DNA of 64,000 nucleotides from Eledone cirrhosa. Taxonomy: Eukaryota. Positions 1-18,589 of the stretch are shown here, piece after piece. The DNA is taken from the NCBI GenBank assembly GCA_964016885.1, contig CAXHJY010000762.1, positions 1 through 64,000 on the forward strand, given 5' to 3'. The notes beneath the pieces were generated by a model. That model did no database searches, was not told where the DNA came from, and saw only the letters and a program-made list of their open reading frames with translations. The translations under genes were made by a program, and so were the position numbers. The first letter of the stretch is position 1, and each line of letters starts with the position of its first letter.

Positions 1-129
1 AGCTATTGAGAAATAATCCCGAACATGTCTGATAATCCCAGGATATCTTACCTACACTCCCTTCATCTACCAAATCCGATTAGCCAGCGTTCTTTGATAT
101 AATCCTTGTAAAGTTATCATGGAAAAGTG

Positions 130-760
130 GTGCTGTGTGTATGTGTGTAAGGGTGTGTGTGTGTGTATGTGTAGGGGTGTGTGTGTATATGTGTGTAGGG
201 TTGTGTGTCTGTATATGTGTGTATGTGTAGGGGTGTGTGTGTGTATGTGTGTAGGGGTGCTGTGTGTGTGTGTGTAGGGTTGTGTGTGTATATGTGTGTA
301 GGGGTGCTGTGTATGTATACGTGTGTATGTGTATGTGCGTGTATTGGTCAAGAATTTGGTAGTGGCTGTTAGGGTGGTGGTGGTTCGGGTTTGGTTGAGG
401 GCGGAGGTAATTGTGATGCTAATAGGTGGCGGTGGTGTTGCTAGTATTTGTGGTTGTTGTGGTGGTCATAGTCATAGTGGTATAGTTGGTGGTGGTGGTG
501 GTGTTGATGGTGGTGGTGGTGATGATGGTGATGGTGTTGATAGTGGTGGTGGTGGTGATGGCGGTGGTGATGATGGTAGTGGTGATGGCGATGATGGTGA
601 TGGCGATGATGGTGATGGTGGTGATGATTATAGCGGTGATGGGGGTGATGATGGTGTTGGTGTTGCTGCTCGTGCTGTGTGGTAGGGTTTGGTCGCGTGG
701 TGGCGCTGCTGCTGGTGCTGGTGCTGTGAGTGGGGTAGGGTGTGGCGGGGTGGTAGACGA
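130..760. repeat. (GT)n-rich then (GGT/GAT)n simple repeats
   Basis: Direct reading; the poly-V/G/H ORFs are artefacts. Confidence 0.85.
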
Positions 761-1122
761 ATTTGGACGGCAGCATATCAGACAGAGTAATTGTGCAATA
801 AGTAATCAAAGAAAATGTTTGTTGGTGGCTGAGACAACTTCAAAGTCAGAGACAAGTAGTTGGAGAGTGGGGGTGAGGGTGAGGTGTGAGGGAGGGGGAC
901 GAGACCGGTGAGGTCGGGGAGGAGGGTGCGAGAGAAAGACCAAAAAGATGCCGATCACACTATTTAAGATCAAAGAAAGAAATTTGAATAATAGAAGAAT
1001 TTCAAATGACTGGACACAAGACAAGAAAGACAACAACAACGAGAAAAAGAAAGAAAAAAAGTGAGCAAGAACGATAACAATAAAAACAACAATAGCAAAT
1101 AAATAAATAAATGACAAATAAT

Positions 1123-1211
<89 letters not shown>

Positions 1212-1288
1212 TATATATATATATATATAGGTATATATATATATATAGGTATATATATATAGGCATTTATATACATATATACATATAC

Positions 1289-1364
<76 letters not shown>

Positions 1365-1771
1365 GTATATATATATATATATATACATATGTATATATAT
1401 ATATATATATACATATGTATATATATACATATGTATATATATATATGTATATATATACATATATCTATATGTATATATGTATATAAATGCTTATATACCT
1501 ATATATATATACACAAACACACACAAATATACATGTATCTACATTGTGTGCTACAGACACACACATATATATATATAGTTTGTGTGTATGTGTGTGTAGT
1601 TCTGTGTGTGTATGTGTGTGTAGTTCTATGTGTCTGTGTGTGTAAAGGAAATAAAGAACTATAACATATGGTCTGACAGACACTTTAGTACGAGTTAACA
1701 GGGAAGAAGATATAAAGAAATCGCTTTATATACATACATATATATATATATATATATGTCTATATATATAA

Positions 1772-1805
<34 letters not shown>

Positions 1806-1862
1806 GTCTATAGACATATATATATATATGTCTATATATATATATATATGTCTATATATATA

Positions 1863-2261
1863 TAAGTATGCATGTATACGTACATACATATATGTATACA
1901 GACGTACAGTAGCATGCACATATATATATATATACATATATATATACATATGCATACAGGTACACATACATATATGCACGTATCAGTTTAGCGGCGCTAA
2001 CGTCGCTTTGTTCGTTTGTAAACAAACTGAACAGCCTGAACAAAAAGGTGACGTGGTTGCCTTAACACCGTATGGCATAAATTCAGGCTGTTCAGTTTGT
2101 TTACAAACGAACAAAGCGACGTTAGCGCCGCTAAACTGATACGTGCATATATGTATGTGTACCTGTATGCATATGTATATATATATGTATATATATATAT
2201 ATATGTGCATGCTACTGTACGTCTGTATACATATATGTATGTACGTATACATGCATACTTA
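1863..2261. repeat. Fold-back inverted duplication at the 5' end of the array
   Basis: 1863-2040 is the reverse complement of 2082-2261, with a 41-nt spacer (2041-2081). The junction uses the tgaa/ttca 4-bp complementarity present in the unit. Confidence 0.95.
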
Positions 2262-5200
2262 CATTTAAGTAAGTGCCATACTAAGAGTGAGAAATGAAAT
2301 TTCGTTTTCATTTTGTTTCAATTTATCGTTTTCGGTATGCCTGACCGATTTAACTCACTCAATATGCAAATTAGGCTGCTCAGCCGTTAATTTCATAAGG
2401 AAAGTATATACTTTCGAACGTTCAACTATCTGGCAGATAGGTAAACGGTGCTGATGATAGCTAACAAGCTTGAAACTAGTACATCGTTCCTGTGTCAGTG
2501 TTGAACAAAAAGGTGACGTGGTTGCCTTAACACCGTATGGCATAAATTCAGGCTGTTCAGTTTGTTTACAAACGAACAAAGCGACGTTAGCGCCGCTAAA
2601 CTGATACGTGCATATATGTATGTGTACCTGTATGCATATGTATATATATATATATATATATGTGCATGCTACTGTACGTCTGTATACATATATGTATGTA
2701 CGTATACATGCATACTTACATTTAAGTAAGTGCCATACTAAGAGTGAGAAATGAAATTTCGTTTTCATTTTGTTTCAATTTATCGTTTTCGGTATGCCTG
2801 ACCGATTTAACTCACTCAATATGCAAATTAGGCTGCTCAGCCGTTAATTTTCATAAGGAAAGTATATACTTTCGAACGTTCAACTATCTGGCAGATAGGT
2901 AAACGGTGCTGATGATAGCTAACAAGCTTGAAACTAGTACATCGTTCCTGTGTCAGTGTTGAACAAAAAGGTGACGTGGTTGCCTTAACACCGTATGGCA
3001 TAAATTCAGGCTGTTCAGTTTGTTTACAAACGAACAAAGCGACGTTAGCGCCGCTAAACTGATACGTGCATATATGTATGTGTACCTGTATGCATATGTA
3101 TATATATATGTATATATATATATATATGTGCATGCTACTGTACGTCTGTATACATATATGTATGTACGTATACATGCATACTTACATTTAAGTAAGTGCC
3201 ATACTAAGAGTGAGAAATGAAATTTCGTTTTCATTTTGTTTCAATTTATCGTTTTCGGTATGCCTGACCGATTTAACTCACTCAATATGCAAATTAGGCT
3301 GCTCAGCCGTTAATTTTCATAAGGAAAGTATATACTTTCGAACGTTCAACTATCTGGCAGATAGGTAAACGGTGCTGATGATAGCTAACAAGCTTGAAAC
3401 TAGTACATCGTTCCGGTGTCAGTGTTGAACAAAAAGGTGACGTGGTTGCCTTAACACCGTATGGCATAAATTCAGGCTGTTCAGTTTGTTTACAAACGAA
3501 CAAAGCGACGTTAGCGCCGCTAAACTGATACGTGCATATATGTATGTGTACCTGTATGCATATGTATATATATATGTATATATATATATATATGTGCATG
3601 CTACTGTACGTCTGTATACATATATGTATGTACGTATACATGCATACTTACATTTAAGTAAGTGCCATACTAAGAGTGAGAAATGAAATTTCGTTTTCAT
3701 TTTGTTTCAATTTATCGTTTTCGGTATGCCTGACCGATTTAACTCACTCAATATGCAAATTAGGCTGCTCAGCCGTTAATTTTCATAAGGAAAGTATATA
3801 CTTTCGAACGTTCAACTATCTGGCAGATAGGTAAACGGTGCTGATGATAGCTAACAAGCTTGAAACTAGTACATCGTTCCTGTGTCAGTGTTGAACAAAA
3901 AGGTGACGTGGTTGCCTTAACACCGTATGGCATAAATTCAGGCTGTTCAGTTTGTTTACAAACGAACAAAGCGACGTTAGCGCCGCTAAACTGATACGTG
4001 CATATATGTATGTGTACCTGTATGCATATGTATATATATATGTATATATATATATATATGTGCATGCTACTGTACGTCTGTATACATATATGTATGTACG
4101 TATACATGCATACTTACATTTAAGTAAGTGCCATACTAAGAGTGAGAAATGAAATTTCGTTTTCATTTTGTTTCAATTTATCGCTTTCGGTATGCCTGAC
4201 CGATTTAACTCACTCAATATGCAAATTAGGCTGCTCAGCCGTTAATTTTCATAAGGAAAGTATATACTTTCGAACGTTCAACTATCTGGCAGATAGGTAA
4301 ACGGTGCTGATGATAGCTAACAAGCTTGAAACTAGTACATCGTTCCTGTGTCAGTGTTGAACAAAAAGGTGACGTGGTTGCCTTAACACCGTATGGCATA
4401 AATTCAGGCTGTTCAGTTTGTTTACAAACGAACAAAGCGACGTTAGCGCCGCTAAACTGATACGTGCATATATGTATGTGTACCTGTATGCATATGTATA
4501 TATATATGTATATATATATATATATGTGCATGCTACTGTACGTCTGTATACATATATGTATGTACGTATACATGCATACTTACATTTAAGTAAGTGCCAT
4601 ACTAAGAGTGAGAAATGAAATTTCGTTTTCATTTTGTTTCAATTTATCGTTTTCGGTATGCCTGACCGATTTAACTCACTCAATATGCAAATTAGGCTGC
4701 TCAGCCGTTAATTTTCATAAGGAAAGTATATACTTTCGAACGTTCAACTATCTGGCAGATAGGTAAACGGTGCTGATGATAGCTAACAAGCTTGAAACTA
4801 GTACATCGTTCCTGTGTCAGTGTTGAACAAAAAGGTGACGTGGTTGCCTTAACACCGTATGGCATAAATTCAGGCTGTTCAGTTTGTTTACAAACGAACA
4901 AAGCGACGTTAGCGCCGCTAAACTGATACGTGCATATATGTATGTGTACCTGTATGCATATGTATATATATATGTATATATATATATATATGTGCATGCT
5001 ACTGTACGTCTGTATACATATATGTATGTACGTATACATGCATACTTACATTTAAGTAAGTGCCATACTAAGAGTGAGAAATGAAATTTCGTTTTCATTT
5101 TGTTTCAATTTATCGTTTTCGGTATGCCTGACCGATTTAACTCACTCAATATGCAAATTAGGCTGCTCAGCCGTTAATTTTCATAAGGAAAGTATATACT

Positions 5201-7444
5201 TTCGAACGTTCAACTATCTGGCAGATAGGTAAACGGTGCTGATGATAGCTAACAAGCTTGAAACTAGTACATCGTTCCTGTGTCAGTGTTGAACAAAAAG
5301 GTGACGTGGTTGCCTTAACACCGTATGGCATAAATTCAGGCTGTTCAGTTTGTTTACAAACGAACAAAGCGACGTTAGCGCCGCTAAACTGATACGTGCA
5401 TATATGTATGTGTACCTGTATGCATATGTATATATATATGTATATATATATATATATGTGCATGCTACTGTACGTCTGTATACATATATGTATGTACGTA
5501 TACATGCATACTTACATTTAAGTAAGTGCCATACTAAGAGTGAGAAATGAAATTTCGTTTTCATTTTGTTTCAATTTATCGTTTTCGGTATGCCTGACCG
5601 ATTTAACTCACTCAATATGCAAATTAGGCTGCTCAGCCGTTAATTTTCATAAGGAAAGTATATACTTTCGAACGTTCAACTATCTGGCAGATAGGTAAAC
5701 GGTGCTGATGATAGCTAACAAGCTTGAAACTAGTACATCGTTCCTGTGTCAGTGTTGAACAAAAAGGTGACGTGGTTGCCTTAACACCGTATGGCATAAA
5801 TTCAGGCTGTTCAGTTTGTTTACAAACGAACAAAGCGACGTTAGCGCCGCTAAACTGATACGTGCATATATGTATGTGTACCTGTATGCATATGTATATA
5901 TATATGTATATATATATATATATGTGCATGCTACTGTACGTCTGTATACATATATGTATGTACGTATACATGCATACTTACATTTAAGTAAGTGCCATAC
6001 TAAGAGTGAGAAATGAAATTTCGTTTTCATTTTGTTTCAATTTATCGTTTTCGGTATGCCTGACCGATTTAACTCACTCAATATGCAAATTAGGCTGCTC
6101 AGCCGTTAATTTTCATAAGGAAAGTATATACTTTCGAACGTTCAACTATCTGGCAGATAGGTAAACGGTGCTGATGATAGCTAACAAGCTTGAAACTAGT
6201 ACATCGTTCCTGTGTCAGTGTTGAACAAAAAGGTGACGTGGTTGCCTTAACACCGTATGGCATAAATTCAGGCTGTTCAGTTTGTTTACAAACGAACAAA
6301 GCGACGTTAGCGCCGCTAAACTGATACGTGCATATATGTATGTGTACCTGTATGCATATGTATATATATATGTATATATATATATATATGTGCATGCTAC
6401 TGTACGTCTGTATACATATATGTATGTACGTATACATGCATACTTACATTTAAGTAAGTGCCATACTAAGAGTGAGAAATGAAATTTCGTTTTCATTTTG
6501 TTTCAATTTATCGTTTTCGGTATGCCTGACCGATTTAACTCACTCAATATGCAAATTAGGCTGCTCAGCCGTTAATTTTCATAAGGAAAGTATATACTTT
6601 CGAACGTTCAACTATCTGGCAGATAGGTAAACGGTGCTGATGATAGCTAACAAGCTTGAAACTAGTACATCGTTCCTGTGTCAGTGTTGAACAAAAAGGT
6701 GACGTGGTTGCCTTAACACCGTATGGCATAAATTCAGGCTGTTCAGTTTGTTTACAAACGAACAAAGCGACGTTAGCGCCGCTAAACTGATACGTGCATA
6801 TATGTATGTGTACCTGTATGCATATGTATATATATATGTATATATATATATATATGTGCATGCTACTGTACGTCTGTATACATATATGTATGTACGTATA
6901 CATGCATACTTACATTTAAGTAAGTGCCATACTAAGAGTGACAAATGAAATTTCGTTTTCATTTTGTTTCAATTTATCGTTTTCGGTATGCCTGACCGAT
7001 TTAACTCACTCAATATGCAAATTAGGCTGCTCAGCCGTTAATTTTCATAAGGAAAGTATATACTTTCGAACGTTCAACTATCTGGCAGATAGGTAAACGG
7101 TGCTGATGATAGCTAACAAGCTTGAAACTAGTACATCGTTCCTGTGTCAGTGTTGAACAAAAAGGTGACGTGGTTGCCTTAACACCGTATGGCATAAATT
7201 CAGGCTGTTCAGTTTGTTTACAAACGAACAAAGCGACGTTAGCGCCGCTAAACTGATACGTGCATATATGTATGTGTACCTGTATGCATATGTATATATA
7301 TATGTATATATATATATATATGTGCATGCTACTGTACGTCTGTATACATATATGTATGTACGTATACATGCATACTTACATTTAAGTAAGTGCCATACTA
7401 AGAGTGAGAAATGAAATTTCGTTTTCATTTTGTTTCAATTTATC
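2037..7444 (+). repeat. Tandem array of ~11.6 copies of a 466-bp unit, each full unit carrying a hammerhead ribozyme (retrozyme-like / Penelope pLTR-like array)
   Basis: CTGATGA core recurs at 2451, 2909, 3375, 3841, 4307, 4773, 5239, 5705, 6171, 6637 and 7103 (period 466; first interval 458 owing to a shorter internal TA tract). I noticed only three substitutions (3415, 4184, 6942). Confidence 0.97.
2439..2491 (+). ncRNA. Minimal type I hammerhead ribozyme (first of 11 copies)
   Basis: agg-ta-AACGGTG (stem I) CTGATGA t AGCT-aaca-AGCT (stem II) t GAAA CTAG TA^ CATCGTT-cct (stem I'). Intact CUGAUGA/GAAA core, GUA cleavage triplet (cut after 2481), palindromic ACTAGT stem III typical of dimer-forming minimal HHRs. 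Confidence 0.9.
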
Positions 7445-12375
<4,931 letters not shown>

Positions 12376-13378
12376 CTGTATTCTATATATACACACACAC
12401 ACACACACACAGACATATATATATATTATATTGGGAGAGAGGGAGAGAGAGAGAGCGTGTGTCTGTGTAAGACAAAAGCAAAAAAATAATGAGAAGTGAG
12501 GGAGGGTAGAGAGAAGACTGCTGGTCATTATTTCCTAGAATGGTCAATTTAAGCCGTTGTTTGGTGACATTTTTCTGTTAAATATATAGCACTGTTGTTT
12601 ACAGTCTGCTATTGAAAGCTCACTAAACATAATTAGTGAAGCGTGGAAGTTAAATGAATGAAAAACATATTATTTGTTTGGGAAATGTGAGTTCAAATTC
12701 ACTGTTTCGAATAAAACTAGGTTGTTTTAAAAATTATAAATATTTTAAAGTTATATATTTCATGTAGCTGTCGAGAGTATATATGGGATTGTCTAGTCCC
12801 GTGTCAACACTGGCTTAAAAGTCAAGGGCTCGTCTCAATTTCCGTTTAACTTTTCCATTCAGTGTGTCCAATGCCATGGAATACCTGGGGCGATACACCT
12901 ATTGTGATATCGCTGATGTGTACACATGTCATATCACAGATGTGTGCAATGATATGGCATGTTTCCGCCCCACCTCGTAACCACCGTAAAGGCCCTGTCA
13001 TCAGGGTCAATTGGTATTCACCTGGTCGGTGACTGTTTCTCTGTTGGTGTTTTACCCGAAGCTCTGCCCCCAGATCTTAATACAACACAAATGCCGTTGC
13101 ACATCCACGCTAGATTCTTTCGGCCTATAACCACTGTCATACCACCTCGGTGGTTGTCGTATTCCACACCAAGTCGATCTCAAAGATATTTTAAGCAGGG
13201 CTTGACGATGCTGGCTTCCCATCGCAGCTAGTTAGTATAAGACAGAAGGGTCGGTAAAGGGCCAGATAGCATTAGCAACTTCCTTTTTTGTGGAGGCAAG
13301 CCCCTCATCCTTGACGTGACATGCAGTCACAATTTTTCTAGCAGTAAGTCAGCGACAGGTCCAAGTTTCTTCATCACC

Positions 13379-13426
<48 letters not shown>

Positions 13427-13428
<2 letters not shown>

Positions 13429-13700
13429 AGAACGAAGAATCAGTGATGCATCGGAACACAATTTATTACGTATTACAATTGTTTATCCGGCGAACAGCTC
13501 GAGATACGATCTATCTGAGGATCGAACCTGACTCTGGAGAAAGAGGATTTGCTTCGAAATCACTAGACGTATCTGAGGAACTTGCGAATCCAGAATCAGG
13601 TTCGATCCACAAACAGATCACACCTCAAGCTGTTCGCCAGAGAAACAATTGTAATACGTACTAAATTGTGTTTCGATGCATCACTGATTCTTCGTTTTCC
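13427..13700. mobile_element. Fold-back / MITE-like element with ~110-bp imperfect inverted arms, next to (TA)n
   Basis: ggagaacgaagaatcagtgatgcatcgg... at 13427 versus ...cgatgcatcactgattcttcgttttcc ending at 13700; ~50-nt central loop. Confidence 0.75.
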
Positions 13701-13780
13701 ATATTATTATACTCTGCTCCGAAGGAGAATAGAGTGCTCAACCGGCATACCGCCTATGGACGTATCCAAGCAACCTTACT

Positions 13781-13855
<75 letters not shown>

Positions 13856-15339
13856 TGTAATAAACAACATAAGGCAATTATTCCATTTACCAGTGGTTTC
13901 TTAAAAGCAAAAAATTTTGTTTTCAATCCTCAGAAAGAAAAAAATCCTACATAGAGCACTCTTTTTTCCTGGACTTTTCCGACGGAATTACTTCATTCAT
14001 ATATATATATATATATATATATATAATGTATTAAACTGTAAGAAATGAGATGGTTAGAGCTGCGAACCTGTACATAACGAGTCTCTATCGTTATATTGCA
14101 TTAGATTTCGGTGGCTCACGGACTTCCCATTAAAATTAGTTGCCGTTCAAAATTCAAATTTAGACGGTATCAGGTTTTATATCTCACCATACCAATTGAA
14201 ATGGTTTAAAGTAGGAATACAACAACAATAACAACAACAATAATGTTTTTCCTTTGATTGCTGCAGGTCACGTGAACATCGCTGTTGGATTAACAACAGT
14301 AAAATCAGTCACAGCAACAACATCACTAGTAACAACAACAACAACAACAGCAGCAATAACACAATCCACTTCGTCCTTTATTCCAATAGTAATAGTACTA
14401 GTAGTAGTCGTAGTAACAGTAGTAGTAGTAGTAGTAGTAGTATTACAGTAGTATTATAAAATAAAAGGAAGATAGGATCATAAACAAAGTGATACAAGCT
14501 CTCGTTTCTTACTAAATGTAACGTGACATTATACCTATGAACAGGTTTATCTTTTAATAAACACTGCAGGGAGTCTGAAAATTGATCCATAAAAACACTG
14601 GCACACATAGCTTTCATGTCCTTTAGATTCACTATAGATTCCAAGAATTTTCTTTTACATTTTATGCTTTAACGTCGAGTAAAATTTATTTCAATAAAAC
14701 CTGTAATAGTCCCTTTGAACTGTCTGTTGTCCAGCTTTGCCTGCAATTAGTTTCCCACTGAGAGGATTGTTGCGTTTCTTTCGGATTTGATTACTAGATT
14801 GTTTTCTAAAATGTCGTCCACTGATCGTTCAATTGTAATTGTTTTTCTATTTTCTGTATTCATGCATGTTTCTACATGTGTTTTTCTATTTATCGTCTTG
14901 TTCTTAAATGTATCTGTATTTGGTTGCGTTGGTGGTTATCTGAGTGGTTGTTGTTATGCATGTGTATATGTATGTATGTATGCATGTATGTATGTATATG
15001 TATGTATTAATGGATGGATGCTCTCTCCAGGTTTTGTCCATCTAATTTCTCTAATAGGGAAACAGCCGGTCTCCAACATAGTGAAACGGATATTTCATTG
15101 TAATTTAGGCTACATCAAATAGATAGTTGCAAATGTATATACACACATGTATATACATACATTATACACACACACACAAATATATATAGTCTACTTTTTT
15201 ATAATTTATATATTTGCAAATATCTTGGCATATGTATGTGAAAACACACATGTATTGTTGTACGACCGCATGTATGTATGTGTGTGTGTAGGCGGGTGTG
15301 TGTGTTTGTGAATGCATATATGTATATCGCAATAAACGT

Positions 15340-15408
15340 ACATATATATATATATTATATATATAAATATATATAAATATATATAAATATATAATATATA
15401 TATATAAA

Positions 15409-15449
<41 letters not shown>

Positions 15450-15510
15450 AATATATATATAAATATATATATATAAATATATATATAAAATATATATAAA
15501 TATATATATA

Positions 15511-15541
<31 letters not shown>

Positions 15542-15627
15542 TTATATATATAAATATATATATATATATATTTTATATATATAAATATATATATATATAT
15601 TTATATATATAAATATATATATATATT

Positions 15628-15687
<60 letters not shown>

Positions 15688-15965
15688 AATATATATATAT
15701 TTATATATATAAATATATATATATATATAAATATTATATATATATTTATATATATAAATATATATATATTTATATATATAAATATATATATATTTATATA
15801 TATAAATTATATATATTTATATATATAAATATATATATATTTATATATTATAAATAATATATATATATATATAAATATATATATATATATTTATATATAT
15901 AAATATATATATATATAATATATATAATATATATATTTATATATATAAATATATATATATATATT

Positions 15966-16007
<42 letters not shown>

Positions 16008-16023
16008 TATCTATATATATATT

Positions 16024-16055
<32 letters not shown>

Positions 16056-16073
16056 AATATATATATATATATT

Positions 16074-16105
<32 letters not shown>

Positions 16106-16121
16106 AATATATATTTATATT

Positions 16122-16155
<34 letters not shown>

Positions 16156-16209
16156 AATATATATTTATATATATATATATATATATATATAAATATATAT
16201 ATATATATT

Positions 16210-16240
<31 letters not shown>

Positions 16241-16252
16241 ATATATATATAA

Positions 16253-16283
<31 letters not shown>

Positions 16284-16359
16284 ATATTTATATATATATA
16301 TATATATATATAAATATATATATATATATTTATATAATATAAATATATATATATATATT

Positions 16360-16390
<31 letters not shown>

Positions 16391-16419
16391 ATATATATAT
16401 AAATATATATATATATATT

Positions 16420-16450
<31 letters not shown>

Positions 16451-16534
16451 ATATATATATAAATATATATATATTTATATATATATATATATTTATATAT
16501 ATATTATATATATATAAATATATATATATATATT

Positions 16535-16565
<31 letters not shown>

Positions 16566-16593
16566 ATATATATATAAATATATATATATCATT

Positions 16594-16624
<31 letters not shown>

Positions 16625-16854
16625 ATATATATATAAATTATATATATATATATATATATATAAATATATATATATATATTTATATATATAAATATATATA
16701 TATATATTTATATATATATATATATTTATATATATAAAATATATATATATATATTTATATATAAATATATATATATATATTTATATATATAAATATATAT
16801 ATATATATTTATATATATATATATATTTATATATATAAATATATATATATATAT

Positions 16855-16885
<31 letters not shown>

Positions 16886-16890
16886 ATATT

Positions 16891-16952
<62 letters not shown>

Positions 16953-16955
16953 ATA
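15340..16955. repeat. (TA)n microsatellite with TAAA/TTTA interruptions
   Basis: Direct reading. Confidence 0.95.
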
Positions 16956-17391
16956 TGCTCGTGTGTTCACATGTACGTACGTGTATATTCAATAGGTTAA
17001 ACTTTTAGAAAGGTTTTCACATTCTTACAATACCACTAATGATGTTGTAGGCTGTTATATATTTAGAATCTTGAATTCTATTTTCTGAGATTGGTTCTGA
17101 AATAATTTCTTTCTGTTTTGTAATCACAAGAACAAAGTCAGGTCTTGTAATATTTCCCGGACCATCATGTCTTTTGTTCGGATATTTTGCATTTATCAAC
17201 GTTCTGTTTGCAAAATTTGGAGGGTACGTCACGGCTGGTTTAGCTGGAGTCATTGCTGTGTCACCTGTTATTTTATTTATCTGTTCTAATATTTTCGGTT
17301 TCAAGACCCTTCTTTGTTGCCTTCAATTTACTCCGAAATCTACTGTCCATTTTGCATTGTCATAACCTTTAAATAACTTATTTCTACTTTT

Positions 17392-17558
17392 GGCACAAGG
17401 CCAGCAATTATCCCTGTACATTACTGGTGCTTTAATTTATCGATCCCGTGAGGATGAAAGGCAAAGTTAACCTCGACGGGATTTGAACTCAGACCATAAA
17501 GGGCCGTAACTCTTTGCTGCGAAGCATGGCGTCCGACCCTCTACCGATACTGCCAATT
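17392..17558 (-). mobile_element. tRNA-derived SINE (octopod-type family A)
   Basis: Minus strand has A-box-like tggcagtatcggt and B-box gagttcaaatcc; body gaggttaactttgcctttcatcc is shared with other copies in the window. Confidence 0.85.
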
Positions 17559-18356
17559 CTCCAAGCAAACTACAACGCCCTCTTATGTTCAATATTATGT
17601 AACTTACGGAGAGGTTTCTGGAGTTTGTAATTTTATGTTATTTTTGCGTGGTGGGGCTGGAGATATTGAGAAGGACTAAACACAACCATTCTTTCCATGT
17701 TGTCACAACTCTGAGCTGTACAAGTCTCGTTGATCAGAAGTTACGCAACACACTTCCAAATTCTTTTATTACCAGATGTCCGTTCATCTGTAATAATATT
17801 GTTGATATTACAGTGGCCCTAGAGAAATAGATTTGGACAGTCTGTACACAGTTTATACATTAGATACTGGCCAGTAACTGGTCGATATATATATATATAT
17901 TTGGCATGTAAATGTCTTTGTTCTTGTGTATTAACTTTGTTTCCAAACAACGCTAGCCAACTAAGTCTATTGATTTCCCCACTGAGAGCATATTGTTATA
18001 TCTTCTTGACAGAAATGTCGCAACAGAGAAAGTTAGCTTTTCTACCACTAGACAGCTATCAACTCTCTTCACCAGGCTTTCCTATGCCGCAGATTTTTAA
18101 TCTCAATCCCACGTGTATCTCTATTATCTCTATGGTTACTGTAGGGTTGGGTGCATTACAAGGGCAAGTTATACACAATATATATGTGTGTATATATGTG
18201 TGTATGCTTGTATGCTCTTCTGGTTTTATAGTTTTATAAACGTTTACCAATAGAGAGAGAAAGAGAGAGAGAGAGTGTGTGTGTGTCGCTTTCTAACATA
18301 GACACAAGACTCTTTCATTGGAATTTAGACAACATCAACTAGGCAGATATGTATGC

Positions 18357-18396
<40 letters not shown>

Positions 18397-18398
<2 letters not shown>

Positions 18399-18589
18399 CG
18401 AAGGAAGTGTGGTAAGGAACCAGATGGACCATAACGCACCAGAGTACTCAATACTTATTGTAGTAGAGTGGTTAATAGGAAAATGTTTAACCCCGACGGC
18501 AGAGCTCAAGCCGTTTCGACGGCTATTTCTGAACACTGAAATAGCCGTCGAAACGGCTTGAGCTCTGTCGTCGGGGTTAAACATTTTCC

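Noticed and set aside
45-125. Possible minus-strand exon ending in ag|gtaaga
   Set aside because: All three frames contain stops.
2355-7428. Repeated 66-137 aa ORFs in the 466-bp unit
   Set aside because: They cross the internal TA tract, are shifted by the 8-bp indel in one unit, and show no recognisable domain.
2037-7444. CRISPR array, or 5S/snRNA/tRNA gene cluster interpretation
   Set aside because: There are no unique spacers, and I recognise no 5S, snRNA or tRNA sequence; the context is eukaryotic.
12955-13010. Minus-strand CTGATGA ... GAAACATG resembling a hammerhead
   Set aside because: No stem I complementarity, no convincing stem II and no UH triplet.
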